This document shows, piece by piece, positions 53,056-61,954 of a stretch of DNA of 64,000 nt. Numbering within the stretch: the first letter of the stretch is position 1; every line of letters begins with the position of its first letter. The position numbers and the translations under genes are program-made. This DNA comes from an uncultured delta proteobacterium (GTDB lineage Bacteria > Myxococcota_A > Polyangia > Polyangiales > Polyangiaceae): positions 1,376,001 through 1,440,000 of the forward strand of contig CAWJCS010000006.1 of NCBI GenBank assembly GCA_963841435.1, in the 5' to 3' direction. The notes below the pieces were generated by a model, which searched no databases, had not been told where the DNA came from, and worked only from the letters and a program-made list of their open reading frames with translations.

Positions 53056-54405
53056 ATGGCAGAGACCGTCGCGTCCGGTCGCCGCGCCGCCGTCGTCGGC
53101 TCGGGACCGGCGGGCTTTTATGCCTCGGAATTTTTGCTGCGGGCCGGGCTCAGCGTTGACCTTTACGAGCGCCTGCCCGCCCCGTTCGGCCTCGTGCGCT
53201 ACGGCGTTGCGCCCGATCATCAGACGATCAAGCGCGTCGCCGCGGCCTTCGACCGCACCGCCAAGAACCCCGGGTTTCGCTTCTTCGGCAACGTCGAGAT
53301 CGGAAAGTCGCTCACGATCGACGAGCTCAGGAGCGCCTACGACCTCGTCGTCCTCGCGTACGGCGCCTCCTCGGATCGGCAGCTCGGCGTTCCCGGCGAG
53401 GACCTCGCCGGCAGCCACGCCGCGACCCAGTTCGTCGCCTGGTACAACGCCCATCCCGAGCACAAAGACGATCGCTACGATCTCGCGACCGAGCGCGCCG
53501 TCGTCGTCGGGCTCGGCAACGTCGCGCTCGACGTGGCGCGCGTGCTCGTGAGAAGCCCCGACGAGCTTGCCACGACGGACATCGCCGGTCCTGCGCTCGC
53601 AGCGCTCAGGGAAAGCCGCGTGCGCGAGGTCGTCTTGCTCGGGCGGCGCGGCCCGGCCGAAGCCGCCTTCGACCAGGGCGAGCTCGCGGACATCGCCGCG
53701 CTCGCCGGCGTCGAGGTCACGGTGGAAGGCGACGTGAGCCTCGCCGTTCCCGAAGGCGCCGACGCGGCGACGCGCAAGAACGTCGAGTTCCTCGCGACGC
53801 TACCGCGCGAGCCGACCGGCAAGACGGAGCGGCGCGTGCGGCTGCGCTTCCTCGCGTCGCCGAGCGAGCTCGTCGGCGAGGGCGGGCGCGTGCGCGCCGT
53901 GCGCTTCGAGGACAACGTGCTCGTCGAATCGGGCGGCAAGGTCTCGGCGCGCGGCAGTGGGCGTTTCCACGACCTTGCGGCGGGACTCGTGATCCGCTCG
54001 ATCGGTTATCGCGGCCTCGCGCTTCCGGGTGTGCCGTTCGACGAGAAGCGCGCGCTGATCCCCAACCAGACGGGGCGGGTGCTCGGGGCCGGCGGCAGTG
54101 CGATCCCAGGGCTTTATGCGACCGGCTGGATCAAGCGTGGCCCGACGGGGCTCATCGGGACGAACAAGGCCTGCGCCAAGGAAACCGTGGACCAGGTGCT
54201 CGCCGATCTCGCGGCGCTGCCCGCTCCGGTGCTCGCGCCCGAGGCACTCGAGGCGAAGCTCGTCGAACGGGGGGCGCGCGTCGTCGGCTACGAGGCGTGG
54301 CGCCGCGCCGACGCGCTCGAGCTCGAGCGGGGCAAGGCGCTCGGCAAGGCGCGCGACAAGCTCGCGACGGTCGAAGCGATGCTCGACGCCGCGCTCGGCG
54401 GCTGA
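53056..54405 (+). CDS. Ferredoxin/adrenodoxin-NADP+ reductase (FprA-like)
   Basis: VGSGPAGFY, GLVRYGVAPDH, GLGNVALD and GWIKRGPTGLIG. Confidence 0.93.
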   Translation: MAETVASGRRAAVVGSGPAGFYASEFLLRAGLSVDLYERLPAPFGLVRYGVAPDHQTIKRVAAAFDRTAKNPGFRFFGNVEIGKSLTIDELRSAYDLVVLAYGASSDRQLGVPGEDLAGSHAATQFVAWYNAHPEHKDDRYDLATERAVVVGLGNVALDVARVLVRSPDELATTDIAGPALAALRESRVREVVLLGRRGPAEAAFDQGELADIAALAGVEVTVEGDVSLAVPEGADAATRKNVEFLATLPREPTGKTERRVRLRFLASPSELVGEGGRVRAVRFEDNVLVESGGKVSARGSGRFHDLAAGLVIRSIGYRGLALPGVPFDEKRALIPNQTGRVLGAGGSAIPGLYATGWIKRGPTGLIGTNKACAKETVDQVLADLAALPAPVLAPEALEAKLVERGARVVGYEAWRRADALELERGKALGKARDKLATVEAMLDAALGG

Positions 54406-54563
54406 CGAGCCGGATCGCCGTGCGGCAGGTGGCGTGCGACGGTGCGCGAGGGTGCGCGAGGGCGCGCGAGGGTGCGCCCCGTGGAACGGCGCGTGAAAGC
54501 GCTGCCCGCGGCGTGGCACGGTGGTCGCCCTCAAATCCTCTCGAAAGCTGGGGCCGCCGTCGC

Positions 54564-56333
54564 TCACTTCGCGCGAGCGAGCCAGAGCCCGGCGCGGTCG
54601 CCGAAAGGCACCGAGTAGAGCAGGCCGTTGCCGGCGTAGAGAAAGTCGGAGACGCCGTCGTTCACGATGCTCGTGAAGCCGAGCTCCAGGTTTCGGTACT
54701 CGAAGCGGCCGGTATCGCGCTTGCTGTCGTAGTCGGCGAGCCAGGCAATGCCGGGCAAAAAGTCTTCGCGGCTGTCGAGAAAGTCGTGGCGCGGGTGGAA
54801 GACGTGGTGCGCGATGGGTGACGGCGTGAAGTAGGGGTGCGCGCAGCCCGTGCCGCCGCCGTCGCACGTGGGCACGCCGATCGACAGCGTGCCCGACGTG
54901 CCGTCGAAGTCGTTGAACATCGCCACGCGCCCGTGGAGATCCTTGTACGCGTAGTGGCGACGCGGGACGCCCTCCATGACGTGCTCGACGTGGTCGTCGA
55001 CGATGCGGGCGAGCGCGCCCGTCGTGCCGTTCCAGTCGACGAGCAGGGGAGCCCAGTCGAGGCCCGTGCCGTCGCGCAGCACGTCGTCGGCGAGCGTGTC
55101 GATGGTGCCGTCGGGCTTCCAGCGCAGGTAGCGGCCGCGCTCTCCGTCGAGCTCGACGAGCGCGTAGCCGTAGTCGTCCTTGCTGCTCACGGCGGCGCGC
55201 TCGAGCGCTGCTCGCTCGCCGAGCTCGATTTCCTCGCGCTCGAGGTTTCTCACGAAGAGCGTCCCGAGCCCGACGGAGTAGTCGATGTCGCGGAGGAAGA
55301 ACGACCAGAGCGCGTCGCGCTCGAGGTCCGGGCGCGACACGCCGGACGGCAGCACGATCCTGAGCGCCCGCGGGTCCGCCTGGATCCCGTAGTCGACGAG
55401 CGTGTCGTCGCGATCGTCCCAGATGCGGATCGGGCCCGCCTCGCACGGTACGAGCATCGACACCCAATGTTGCGACGACGAGGGGAAGCCGAGCTCGCAG
55501 CCCTGCTCGGCGACGAGCTCGAGGTCGAGCGCGGGGCGGCCATTCACGCTTTTCAGCGTCGCACGCGAGATGCCCGGCGTTTCCTCGTAGAAGAGCTTGC
55601 CGCCCGTGATGCCCCAGGCGACGACGCCGTCGCCGAAGCGTTGCACCTCGTGCCACTGGTCGTCGAACGCGACGATGGTTCCCCCGCTGTAAACGAACGT
55701 GAGCGAGCCGACGCCCGTCAGCGTGGGTCCGGCGTTTTCGAGGAGAAGCTCCGCGGATTCCGCGTCGGCGGAGAGCGCCACGAGGTTGCCCTGCGAGCGC
55801 AAAACGAGGCTCCGGGTCGGGGGGTTGTCCTTCGATACCGGCTGGGGCGGGTCGATCATCGCTACGGGCGGGAGCTCCGCCTCGGGCAAGGTGAACGCGG
55901 AGACGTGGCACGCCTCGTCCGAAAAGCTCAGCGTGCCCTGGCTCTTGCCGGCGGGAAAATGAGCGATGTACGCGCGCTCGAGAGCGGCGTTGCCGCCCGC
56001 CCAGTAACGGCCCACGTCGGGGATCGCGCAGGGGCGCGGATCGGCGTAGCGCATGGAGTAGAGCCCGGTGTCGCCGTCCTTGGACGAACGCGCGATCAAG
56101 AACAGCTCGTCCGAGGCGATGAGCGTCATGTAGCGATATCCGCCGCTCACGAGCCGATAGCCGGGCGCGTCGAGGTAGGTCTTCACGGGCGGGAAGAGCG
56201 CGTCCCCGGCGTTCTGGAAGCCTTGCACGATGTCGCAGCCGAGAAGCGCCGGCGAGCAGCCGACGAACGCGGTGACGAGCAGACGGCGTCGCAAGGTCAC
56301 CAAGAGTGAACCTCCCATGTTATGGGACTTCAT
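54564..56333 (-). CDS. Beta-rich lipoprotein (possible beta-propeller)
   Basis: Lipobox LLGC and repeated GTLS-type strands; start approximate. Confidence 0.7.
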   Translation of the reverse strand: MKSHNMGGSLLVTLRRRLLVTAFVGCSPALLGCDIVQGFQNAGDALFPPVKTYLDAPGYRLVSGGYRYMTLIASDELFLIARSSKDGDTGLYSMRYADPRPCAIPDVGRYWAGGNAALERAYIAHFPAGKSQGTLSFSDEACHVSAFTLPEAELPPVAMIDPPQPVSKDNPPTRSLVLRSQGNLVALSADAESAELLLENAGPTLTGVGSLTFVYSGGTIVAFDDQWHEVQRFGDGVVAWGITGGKLFYEETPGISRATLKSVNGRPALDLELVAEQGCELGFPSSSQHWVSMLVPCEAGPIRIWDDRDDTLVDYGIQADPRALRIVLPSGVSRPDLERDALWSFFLRDIDYSVGLGTLFVRNLEREEIELGERAALERAAVSSKDDYGYALVELDGERGRYLRWKPDGTIDTLADDVLRDGTGLDWAPLLVDWNGTTGALARIVDDHVEHVMEGVPRRHYAYKDLHGRVAMFNDFDGTSGTLSIGVPTCDGGGTGCAHPYFTPSPIAHHVFHPRHDFLDSREDFLPGIAWLADYDSKRDTGRFEYRNLELGFTSIVNDGVSDFLYAGNGLLYSVPFGDRAGLWLARAK

Positions 56334-56418
56334 AGTGGACCACGAGCGCCATGGAGGGTCAACGTACGGGCGGTGCGGTGCGCGGCGCTCGCCTTCGTGG
56401 TACGACAGGGCCGGCTTG

Positions 56419-58722
56419 GTGGTGTCGGTTTTAGCGCGCAGGCACGCGACGCGAAGGTCCACACGCGCGCTCTTCTTTCTCGTGGCGCTCGCGGGGCGCG
56501 CAGCCATGGCCGCCGAGCCGATGCCTTCCGCCGGCGACGCGCGCGCCGAGCACGAGGTCACGCCGCCTGAGCCCGTGAGCACGCCGATCGCCTATCCCGA
56601 GGGTGAGACGCGCCGCGCGGAGGTCGCGCTCGTCCTCGAGCTCGATCGGACCGGTCACGTGACCGCCGTCGAGGCACTCTCCGGAACGTCGCCGTTCCGG
56701 GAGCGCGCGCTCGAAGCCGCGCGGGGCTGGCGGTTCCGCCCCGCGCTGCGCGACGGCGTGCCCGTCGCCGCCCGCTATCCGTACACGGTGCGCTTCGAGC
56801 CGCCCAGTGCGCCCGAGAAAGCAGCCGAAGCGCCCGCCGCTGCCCCTCCGGGCGCCACCGCCGCCGCGCCTGCCGCCCCGCCGGCGCCGCCCCTCGAGGT
56901 GGTCGTCCGCGGCGAGCGCACGCCGCTGCCGAGCGCCGGGTCGGTGACGCTGACGCGCGAAGAGGCGGGCTCGATCCCCGGTACTTTCGGCGATCCGCTG
57001 CGCGCCGTCGAGGCGCAGCCGGGCGTCGTGCCGATCGTGTCGGGGTTGCCGCAGTTCTTCGTGCGGGGGGCCCCCCCGGCCAACGTCGGGTTCTTCATCG
57101 ACGGCATCGACGTGCCGCTGCTCTATCACGCGTTCTTCGGTCCCTCGGTGATTCACCCCGGGCTCATCGAGAGCGTGACGCTGCACGGCGGCGCGCCCCC
57201 GGTGCGCTTCGGTCGCTACGCGGGGCCCGTGGTGAGCACCGAGGTACGCCCGCTCGAGCGGCGTCTCGGCGGCGAGGCGAGCGTGCGCACCGTCGATGCC
57301 GGCGTGCTCGGCGAGGTCCCCTTCGGTGGTTGCGACGGCGCCGACACGCCGGGCTGTCAGCGCGGCAGCGTGCGGCTGGGCGGGCGCTACTCGTACACGG
57401 GCCTCATCCTCTCGCTGCTCGGGGACGCGAAGCTCGACTACTGGGACTACCTCGGCCAGGCCGGCTATCGCGTGGGGAAACACGACGAAATCGGCCTGCT
57501 CGGTTTCGGCGCCTTCGACCACTTCGAAGCGGGCGGCACGGGTCAGCAAGGCGGCGGCGAGGTGGCCTTCCACCGCGTCGATCTGCGCTGGGACCGGCGC
57601 ACCACGGCGACCCGGCTCCGCGTCGGCGCGACGTTCGGATACGACTCGACGGGCGGTGTCGAGGAGGCGACGAGCCTCGTTAGAGACAAGTCGCTCAGGC
57701 TGCGCGCGACCCTACAACGAGAGCTCGCGCCCGAGGTGACGCTCGAAGCGGGCATCGACGGTCGGCTCGACGACTACGAGCTCGAGACCGATCCTCTGCT
57801 CTTGAACTTCGCCGACTACTCGCGCCTCTTTCCTTCGCGCACGGAGACGAGCGGGGGCGCCTACGTCGCCTTCGAGCTCACGCCCGTACGCGGCATCCGC
57901 ATCGCCCCTGGCATACGGACGGACGTTTATCACGACCGCGGCGTCACGGCGGTCGGCGTCAACCCGCGCGTTTCCGCGGAGGTCGATCTCGGCCGGTACG
58001 TGACGGTGGAAGAATCGGTCGGTATGGCGCATCAGAGGCCGAACTTCGTGCCGCAGGTGCCCGGCGCCCAGGTGGCGGACCTGCCGGGTGGCTTGCAGGA
58101 AGCGTTGCTCGCGAGCTCGGGGGTGCGTGTCCTTTTGCCCGCCGATTTCAAGGCGCGTGCCACCGTGTTCGAGAACGGCTTCTTCCACACGCTCGATCCG
58201 CTCGGCAGCCGCCGGGACTTCACCATCGATCGAACCGTGCTCGACCGGCGCACGACGATCCGCGCCGCCGGCCTCGAGTTCAAGCTCGAGCGGCCCATCA
58301 AGGGCGGGCTCGGCGGGTTCCTCTCGTACACGCTCTCGCACTCGGTCGCGTCAACAGGGCGAGAGGAGTCGGTCACCGGCTTCGATCGCCCCCACGTCGC
58401 GCAGCTCGCGCTCGGCTACGACTTCGGCTCGGGCTACACGGCCGGCGGGCGGGCGATCGCCTACTCCGGGGTGCCGGAGCTCAATCTCGAGCGGACGCCG
58501 CACTTTACCGACCGCCGCCGGGGGCGCCCTTATTTCCGCCTCGATCTGCGCGCCCAGAAGCGATTTCGCCTCGGGGAACATGGCTACTTCGGCGTGATTG
58601 CCGAGGTGCTGAATGCGACCTCGACGAGCGAGGTGGTGCGCCTCGATTGCGGCGAGCGATGCGCTGCGCGCGTGGCAGGCCCGGTGATTTTGCCGAGCAT
58701 CGGCGTGGAGGCCGGACTATGA
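56419..58722 (+). CDS. TonB-dependent receptor with N-terminal TonB C-terminal domain
   Basis: ALEAARGWRFRPA (TonB_C), GTFGDPLRAVEAQPGV plug, and YFRLDLR...EVLNAT barrel end; start approximate. Confidence 0.9.
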   Translation: MVSVLARRHATRRSTRALFFLVALAGRAAMAAEPMPSAGDARAEHEVTPPEPVSTPIAYPEGETRRAEVALVLELDRTGHVTAVEALSGTSPFRERALEAARGWRFRPALRDGVPVAARYPYTVRFEPPSAPEKAAEAPAAAPPGATAAAPAAPPAPPLEVVVRGERTPLPSAGSVTLTREEAGSIPGTFGDPLRAVEAQPGVVPIVSGLPQFFVRGAPPANVGFFIDGIDVPLLYHAFFGPSVIHPGLIESVTLHGGAPPVRFGRYAGPVVSTEVRPLERRLGGEASVRTVDAGVLGEVPFGGCDGADTPGCQRGSVRLGGRYSYTGLILSLLGDAKLDYWDYLGQAGYRVGKHDEIGLLGFGAFDHFEAGGTGQQGGGEVAFHRVDLRWDRRTTATRLRVGATFGYDSTGGVEEATSLVRDKSLRLRATLQRELAPEVTLEAGIDGRLDDYELETDPLLLNFADYSRLFPSRTETSGGAYVAFELTPVRGIRIAPGIRTDVYHDRGVTAVGVNPRVSAEVDLGRYVTVEESVGMAHQRPNFVPQVPGAQVADLPGGLQEALLASSGVRVLLPADFKARATVFENGFFHTLDPLGSRRDFTIDRTVLDRRTTIRAAGLEFKLERPIKGGLGGFLSYTLSHSVASTGREESVTGFDRPHVAQLALGYDFGSGYTAGGRAIAYSGVPELNLERTPHFTDRRRGRPYFRLDLRAQKRFRLGEHGYFGVIAEVLNATSTSEVVRLDCGERCAARVAGPVILPSIGVEAGL

Positions 58723-59681
58723 GATGGCCGATGCTGCGTGGGCTCGCCTCGGTGTCGTCGGTCGTCTTGCTCGCGACCGCTTGCAAGAAGACGTCGGCGC
58801 CGCCCGCGCCGAGCGCCGACGCGAGCGCTTCGGCCGTTGCGAGCGCGAGCGCCGCGCCGAGCAGCTCGGCGGCCATGCTCGACGCCGGACCCGACGCCGC
58901 GGCGCCACCCGAGCTCGTCGTGCCGGCGGGCAAATCGAGCGGGGGTGTCGTCACCGGCTCTTTCGCAGTGCGAGCGCTTTCCGAGAGCTCGGGCTTGCCG
59001 TTCGAAAAGCTCGTCGACGCCTGCGGCGCCGCCGGGAAGTTTCCGTGCTCGGAGAGCGCCTGGCAGCGGGCTTGCGAAGCGAGCCCCGAGCTCGGCAAGG
59101 CGGAGGCCTTCACGTACTCGACCGACTCGGGAAAGCTCGTCGTGCGCGGCGGGCAGGGCGGCTGCGCCGGGCGGCGCCTCGACGCCGCGTCGAGCACGAA
59201 CGCCGCCCGCGCGACGCTCTGCTGCGACCGCGCCGTCGGCATCGAGGGCGGTGACGCAGCGGCGGCCGAGCACGTCGCCGCGGAGCTCGTCGTGTTCGAG
59301 CGCTGCGTGCGCGAGCAGCGTGCCGAGGATCTCGCGGGCATCGCCGCCGAGAAGCTCTTCATCGGCGGTCAGCAGCACCCCCGCGAGCAGGCGCTGCCCG
59401 CCGTGCTCGCCGCGCTGCTTCCGGACGCTGGCACCGAGCTTTCGTTGCTCGACACCTGCCGCGCCGGAACGCCCGCCGGGGCGCCTTCCACGACGGGCGA
59501 GGCCGCGCTGGATCTCACGTGCCGCGTCGTGCGCCTCGTCGCCGGTGCCCCGGAGAGCGTCGTGTGGCGATTCAAGGCAACCGGTGCCGAAGCGCGGCTC
59601 TCCTGCGTGGACTTCGGCGAAGCGCCCGTGGGCGGCGAGCGAAAGCAGCGCGTCGGCGGGTTCCTGCCCTCGGGGCACTGA
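58719..59681 (+). CDS. Lipoprotein with a degenerate FGE-sulfatase/CLec-like segment
   Basis: Lipobox ATAC, CGAAGKFPCSESAWQRAC...RGG...CC; ATGA overlap with the receptor gene. Confidence 0.65.
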   Translation: MRWPMLRGLASVSSVVLLATACKKTSAPPAPSADASASAVASASAAPSSSAAMLDAGPDAAAPPELVVPAGKSSGGVVTGSFAVRALSESSGLPFEKLVDACGAAGKFPCSESAWQRACEASPELGKAEAFTYSTDSGKLVVRGGQGGCAGRRLDAASSTNAARATLCCDRAVGIEGGDAAAAEHVAAELVVFERCVREQRAEDLAGIAAEKLFIGGQQHPREQALPAVLAALLPDAGTELSLLDTCRAGTPAGAPSTTGEAALDLTCRVVRLVAGAPESVVWRFKATGAEARLSCVDFGEAPVGGERKQRVGGFLPSGH

Positions 59682-59695
59682 GCGGTGACGGCTCG

Positions 59696-61324
59696 TCAGC
59701 TCCCGGCACCGCCGAGCGTCGTGCAGGCGGTCTGGCTGCCACCGTCGCACGCCTGCTTGAGCAGCGCGCGGCCGCGCTCGGCGTTCTGCTCGACGCCGTT
59801 GCCGTCGAGGTACCGCGTGCCGATGTACTCGCAGGCCTGGGCGTTGCCGAGCGTGCAACCGCGCTCGTAGAAGCGTGCGGCCTGCGCCTGATCGACCGCG
59901 GTGCCGCTGCCCTTGGCGAACATGAAGGCGAGGTTGCTGCACCCAATCGGCTCGTCCCCCTCGCACGCGCGCTTGAAGAGCGAAAACGCCTTGGTTTTGT
60001 CCTCGGGGACGCCCTCACCGTCGTCGTAGGCGGCACCGAGATTGATGCATCCGGCGGCTTTTCCTGCGTTGCAGGCCTGCTCGTACAGGGTGATGGCTTG
60101 CGCCTTGTCGGCGTCGACGCCCACGCCGTCGTAGTAGAGGTTGGCGAGGTTGAAGCAGCCGTTGGCCTCACCGAGCTTGCAGGCGCGTTCGAACGACGCT
60201 GCCGCTCTTTTCGGATCGGGCGCACCGGCTTCGGAGGAGAGCAGCGCGATGCCGAGGTCGGAGCAGCCCCCGCCGTGCTCGAGGCCGCACGCTTTGTCGA
60301 ACAGCTCGAGCGCGCGCTTCGGGTCCTTCGCGAGGCCGGGCGCGCCTGCGACGTAGAGGCGGCCGAGGGCGTGGCAGCTGCCTCGCTCGCCAGCGGTGCA
60401 TTGTGCGGCGCAATCCTTTTGATCGCCGGGACTACACTCGTGCGTTGCGCCGGCCTTCGCCTTGGTGCATTTGCCTTCGCTGAGCACGCTGCCGGCCGGG
60501 CAGGCCGTCTCGGTCTCCGGGCTCGCGCGTGGTGTGGCGACGTTCGCCTCCGTCGAGATCGGCACGAGATTGAGCCTGATGAGCGCGGCGCAGTTGCGTG
60601 GTGGGGTCGTCTGCGCCTGATCGCTCTCTTCACAGGCTTGGAGGCGACCGTCCTCCACGCGCGATAGGCGGCTCGAGCTGCTGCCTGCCTGGGCGCCCGC
60701 GCCGAACAGCGCCGCCGCCGACGCAACGCTTGCGCGGTTACCCGCCTGCATCACGAAGGCGCCCACGTTCGCTCCGCGCACGAAGTGGGTCGCTCCGTCG
60801 CATTGCCCGCTGAGCTCGCCCCGGGAGAGGGCAAAGCGCGTCGAGGTCAGGTTGCCGACCAGCGCCGTCGCGAGGTCGAGCGTCGTACCGCGAGCGAGCT
60901 CGGAGTCGAGCTGTGCCACGAGCGTGGCGCCCGAGAGCGGCAGGTTCATCTTGATTTCGTCGGCGTCGGCGAGGCGGATGAGCTGCTCCTTGAGCACGAC
61001 GCCCTTGAAACCGTAGCTGCCCTCGACGTGGCAGTCGGCGAGTAGCTCGAGCTGCCGGCAGTCGTAGGAGACCACGGCGAGGCCATCCGACATGGCGACC
61101 TCGAGATCGACACGCTGCTCGGGCCGCCAGTCGACGACGAGGGGCTTTGCGCCACGGCTCACGTCGCGACAGGCTGGCGCCTCGCCGAGGGCAGCGGCGC
61201 CCGTCACGGCCTCCGGGCGTACGGCCTTGGCGGCCCCACCGGCGCTGCAGGCAGCCGAGGGCAACGCGACGAGCGCGAGCGAGACCAGACCCTTGTGCAC
61301 CGATGACCTCCTGAGCCCAGGCAT
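59696..61324 (-). CDS. Lipoprotein with uncharacterised N-terminal domain and C-terminal Sel1-like repeats
   Basis: Lipobox SAAC; six GCxxLG...A...ACxxG repeats of 36-37 aa. Confidence 0.9.
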   Translation of the reverse strand: MPGLRRSSVHKGLVSLALVALPSAACSAGGAAKAVRPEAVTGAAALGEAPACRDVSRGAKPLVVDWRPEQRVDLEVAMSDGLAVVSYDCRQLELLADCHVEGSYGFKGVVLKEQLIRLADADEIKMNLPLSGATLVAQLDSELARGTTLDLATALVGNLTSTRFALSRGELSGQCDGATHFVRGANVGAFVMQAGNRASVASAAALFGAGAQAGSSSSRLSRVEDGRLQACEESDQAQTTPPRNCAALIRLNLVPISTEANVATPRASPETETACPAGSVLSEGKCTKAKAGATHECSPGDQKDCAAQCTAGERGSCHALGRLYVAGAPGLAKDPKRALELFDKACGLEHGGGCSDLGIALLSSEAGAPDPKRAAASFERACKLGEANGCFNLANLYYDGVGVDADKAQAITLYEQACNAGKAAGCINLGAAYDDGEGVPEDKTKAFSLFKRACEGDEPIGCSNLAFMFAKGSGTAVDQAQAARFYERGCTLGNAQACEYIGTRYLDGNGVEQNAERGRALLKQACDGGSQTACTTLGGAGS

Positions 61325-61397
61325 GAGAGCAAAGCTACGGCGTGAAAACAACGGGCGAGGGAGCGCCCTCGGGTGGAACGTGGCAAGCTCGTCGCGG

Positions 61398-61952
61398 ATG
61401 ACCTCTCGGCGCTCGATCCCCGCGATCACCGCGCTTCTCGTGCTCGTGGCCTCGTCGCTGGCCGCGCCCGTCGTCGCGCTCGCCGACGAGGACGATAAGG
61501 CATTCGATCCGAAGGACTACGCCGCCGAGCTCCAGGGCTACGTGCCGGGCGCCTCCGCGCTCGAGGGCAAGCTCCTCGCGCCCTGCTGCTGGACGCAAAC
61601 GATCGACATCCACGGTTCCGAGGCGGCGCTGGAGCTCCGGCGCGAGATCCGGCGGCGCTTGCTGGCCGGCGAGAGCTCGGACGCCATCGAGGCGTCGATC
61701 GTGCAGCGCTTCGGCCCGAGGATCCTCGCCGTACCGCCGGGCAGTCCGCTCAAGAACGTGGCTGCCGTCATGGCGCTCGGCATGGCCGGCGCGGGCGGCG
61801 CGGCGTTCATGATGCTGAAGCGCTGGCGAGCCCAGGGTGGCCGCGATGCGAAGCCGAACCCCAAGAAGGGCGAGGCTCCGTCCGAGGGTAAGCAAGCGGA
61901 GCTCGACGCACGTGTCGACGCCGAGCTCGACGAGCTCGACAACGACCCCTGA
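61398..61952 (+). CDS. ccmH: Cytochrome c-type biogenesis protein CcmH/NrfF-like
   Basis: Signal peptide, LLAPCCWTQTI, ELRREIRRRLLAGES, RFGPRILAVPP and one TM. Confidence 0.8.
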   Translation: MTSRRSIPAITALLVLVASSLAAPVVALADEDDKAFDPKDYAAELQGYVPGASALEGKLLAPCCWTQTIDIHGSEAALELRREIRRRLLAGESSDAIEASIVQRFGPRILAVPPGSPLKNVAAVMALGMAGAGGAAFMMLKRWRAQGGRDAKPNPKKGEAPSEGKQAELDARVDAELDELDNDP

Positions 61953-61954
61953 CA

